Position numbers and translations under genes: made by a program
Notes under the pieces: generated by a model
Seen by the model: only the letters and a program-made list of their open reading frames with translations
Told to the model about the DNA's origin: nothing
Databases searched by the model: none
In this document: piece after piece, positions 61,054-64,000 of the stretch
Position numbering within the stretch: the first letter of the stretch is position 1
Layout: each line of letters starts with the position of its first letter
DNA from: Centroscyllium fabricii
Taxonomy: Eukaryota
DNA length: 64,000 bases
Direction of reading: 5' to 3'
Assembly (NCBI GenBank): GCA_051313645.2
Contig: JBNRSN020000001.1
Coordinates: 397,048,001-397,112,000, forward strand

Positions 61054-62935
61054 CTTTCTTTGGAAGGCAGCTCAACCTCCACTCTATACTTAGCTTGTCA
61101 ATTCTTTTGAGGGTTAAGGATTTGATTGGATTTAACTTTTGTGCCGGATATTCTGTGAGCCCAGCCAAAATAAGCATGGCCTCATTGGGAAAGATTAACT
61201 AAACCTTCAACACTGCACTGGTGGTCTGCAGTGCCCATCAGATCAGTACTGACTGCCACTTATAAGAAAAGTTTACAAAGTCCTAAAACGAGTCTCTACT
61301 AAATGCACACCCATTCATTATTTTTTTTTCGAAACCAAGGATGCAGATTAGTAACAATTCAGCTCATTCAACCTCACACAAAACAAGCCAAGGTAGAACG
61401 GATATGGGATGTTCTGTCTTTTTAATATGTAATTGCATATTTGGATTAATGCCACTTGCACAAGTCAGACTTTAGAGGACAAAATTAAACCTCATTCAGA
61501 GCATTGACTGGAGATTAGTTCCACACACAGGCTGAAGAGCTGCTCGCCAGCAAAGGCCAAGCAACACTCATGCACTTGGCAGAGACTGCACACATTATTT
61601 TCTTTCAGCTACCAAAAAGTAAATAAAAATAAATAAAAACATCAGCTTTCTGTTTGTAGTGAATTGACAAAAAAGGTACTGATTTGGGAAACTTTCTGCA
61701 TAGTTGGCAAGGCTCCAAGATTTAATCAGTATTCTCCACCTTCAAAGGCCTCATCCAGACTCCCAAATCAGTTTTTATATCTGTAACCTTTTCCATTCTC
61801 TTCACCAAATAAAGTCATTTTGTGAAAGGGAGTATGTAACAGGATTATTTTTGTGCGTTCAAGGTCTGGGTGATTCATTTTTCTTCCATGTATCCTATAA
61901 AGTGGCGTTAAGTCACTTCAATTAATTTTACTTCTGGAGTCCCCAGATTGCTTTGATCTAAGGTAAGTAATCATGCATGTGCAAATAGGCCAAAGGTCAG
62001 AGTGGCCATTATAAATTACAATTCTGTTTGGGAGAAAGTTTTTTTTTAAAAAGCATTTCCTTAACAAAATATCTGTTACATGATCGCTCACTCATAAAAC
62101 CTTTATAGAACCGATTAGACTTGTTGGGTGAATTGGAGGGGGTTGGGGTTGAAGACACAGTGGGTGCCAACTTGCCAGTTGTAAAATGTTTCTCCGTTAT
62201 CTTTTAAATGCAGCAAAAGGAGTGAGGAATGAATTGTACTGAATGTTACATTCAGAAAGCCTGTCTTTGCTATAGTTGCAATCATTAGAGAGGTAAAGTT
62301 TTCTGTAGAAATTTCAGAAGCACAAGCTGCAGCCAATTGAAAATTCGCTTTGTGATTGGCCAACGTCGTTACCTGGCAACAACAGTCCATTCAGTCTTTA
62401 ATGAATGAGAAGGTGCATATTAGTGGCAAATAAAATGCCAGTATTCATTTGGGCACCAGATGAGGCGCAGTGGATAAGCTGAGTTGTGTTAGTGACGTTA
62501 TATTGTCACAGTAACAGGGTATGCTATTCTCTTGTAACATGCATTCAAATGAAAGTCAATATCTGTAATTTAAATCATGTGGTTCAGAAGCAGTTTCAGA
62601 TCATGTGATAAAAGAGCTGTTGTCCTCTGCTATCTGCCACACCAATCACTGGCAAGACTAGAAATAAAATTTCACTGCAAATGGATTTGAACCTGTGGTG
62701 CAAACTCTAGTTGTGTTTATTATTTTAAAAAACAACAAAGGTTGGTATGTATCAAGGATGTAACACATCTCAGTTTAGACAGCATTATTTGCCCTTTTGG
62801 CATGTTGCTGTCCTATAATATTTGTATTTTCTCTGACTTTGTTATTTTTGTATTTGTTTTCAGGATGTGATTGATACTGGCAAGGCCAGATTTATTGCCT
62901 GTTCTTAGTTATCCTGAGAATTTGGTGGACCATCT

Positions 62936-63060
62936 TAGAATCATAGAATGATACAGCACAGAAGGAGGCCTTCGGCCCATCGTGCCTGTACCGGCTCTAG
63001 AACAATCTATACAATTAGTTCGACTTCCCTGCTCTTTCCCCATAGCCCTGCAAATGGTTC
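62936..63060 (-). mobile_element. CR1 tail fragment
   Basis: tagaatcatagaatgatacagcacagaaggaggccttcggcccatcg. Confidence 0.7.
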
Positions 63061-63649
63061 CCCCATATCAATATTTTAAAGGCGCAAATTTAGACAGTTC
63101 TACAATATCACTTTTCTGAACCGTGAGATTGTCTCAAGCATCCATAGATAGAGTGACGCATATTCAATTTGATTATGTTCCCCATACATACGCATGCAAA
63201 CAGCATAACTTCACATTATAGGAGACTTTAGTAGTGACATGAAATATAAAGATGGTAGCTCAAGAGCAAAGCTGTATATAACGAATAACATACCAGATAA
63301 TTGAGTTGATGAGAAATGTCATAGTTCTCCGGTGTCATTATTCCAGAATGCAAAGGAACAAAAGAGAAACAATAAATGATTATCACATTATTGAATAATA
63401 TGTGGCGTCTCCCCCAACTAAAAAACACTGTAAAAGACAGAATGCTACAGCTCAGAGGATATTACACATTTTGTGCTGATGTGACAGTTTCAGTTTCACA
63501 TCAAAGCAAACTGCAGTGTAACTTGGGAATTAAGTCACCAGAATTGAATTCCAGTAAGATTTGTCAGTTACAACTGGTGAATGTGACCTTTGTAAATTTG
63601 GACCACCTGGTAACTTTGTAAACTTCATACTTTAACTGTTTAGTGTCAG

Positions 63650-63915
63650 TAATGTACCTCTGTAACCTGCCCCTGCTCTACAAACCCTCCGCCCAAAATC
63701 ACTCCTCCCCTTGTACATCCACACCTCCTTTCACCCCACCAGCCATATAAGCCCCACATCCTCACCCCTCTCCTTGAAAATCCTGCTTGAAACCCACCTC
63801 TTTGACCAAGTTTATGGTCACCCTTCCCAATATTTCCTTTGACCTGACAGCCACTTTTATTTCTGTTTATGCCTCTGTGCAGTGCCTTGGGGTGTTATTT
63901 TACTTTAAAAGTGTT
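63650..63915 (+). mobile_element. Decayed L2 3' fragment
   Basis: Similar to 11020-11350 (aaaacccacctctttgaccaag). Confidence 0.65.
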
Positions 63916-63926
63916 ACTTACGTTAA

Positions 63927-64000
63927 TCCAGAGATGTGCGGGTTAGGTTGATTGGCTAGGATAAATTGACCCTTAGTGTTAGGGGGATTGAATAGGTGGG
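63927..64000 (+). mobile_element. HE1-like SINE fragment at window edge
   Basis: gatgtgcgggttaggttgattggc...aaattgacccttagtgttaggggg. Confidence 0.8.

Overview
This is a eukaryotic, repeat-dense window with no recognisable host protein-coding exon, so it is probably intergenic or deep intronic. HE1-type V-SINEs, SacSINE1/Deu-like SINEs, CR1/L2/Rex1 LINEs and Penelope remnants point to a cartilaginous fish (shark) genome; this is inferred from repeat-family recognition only. The one intact-looking gene is a two-exon, 416-aa MADF (Myb/SANT-like) protein with a BESS-like motif (2112-3474). It lies inside a young PIF/Harbinger-type element (1686-4499; 42-bp TIRs, TAA TSD) that carries no transposase. 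Other notable items: (1) a decayed two-gene Harbinger (24217-28455) whose Myb gene is interrupted by a 205-bp Penelope hairpin carrying a minimal hammerhead-ribozyme motif on each strand; (2) a pogo/Tigger-like MITE present both with and without an expanded internal minisatellite; (3) an LTR-less Gypsy gag-pol core between two CR1 3' ends; (4) three solo LTRs with TSDs; (5) SINEs that swapped their LINE-derived tail; (6) a ~317-bp palindrome; (7) two motif clusters that look like developmental enhancers. Family names come from motif recognition without database searches, and boundaries of decayed elements are approximate.
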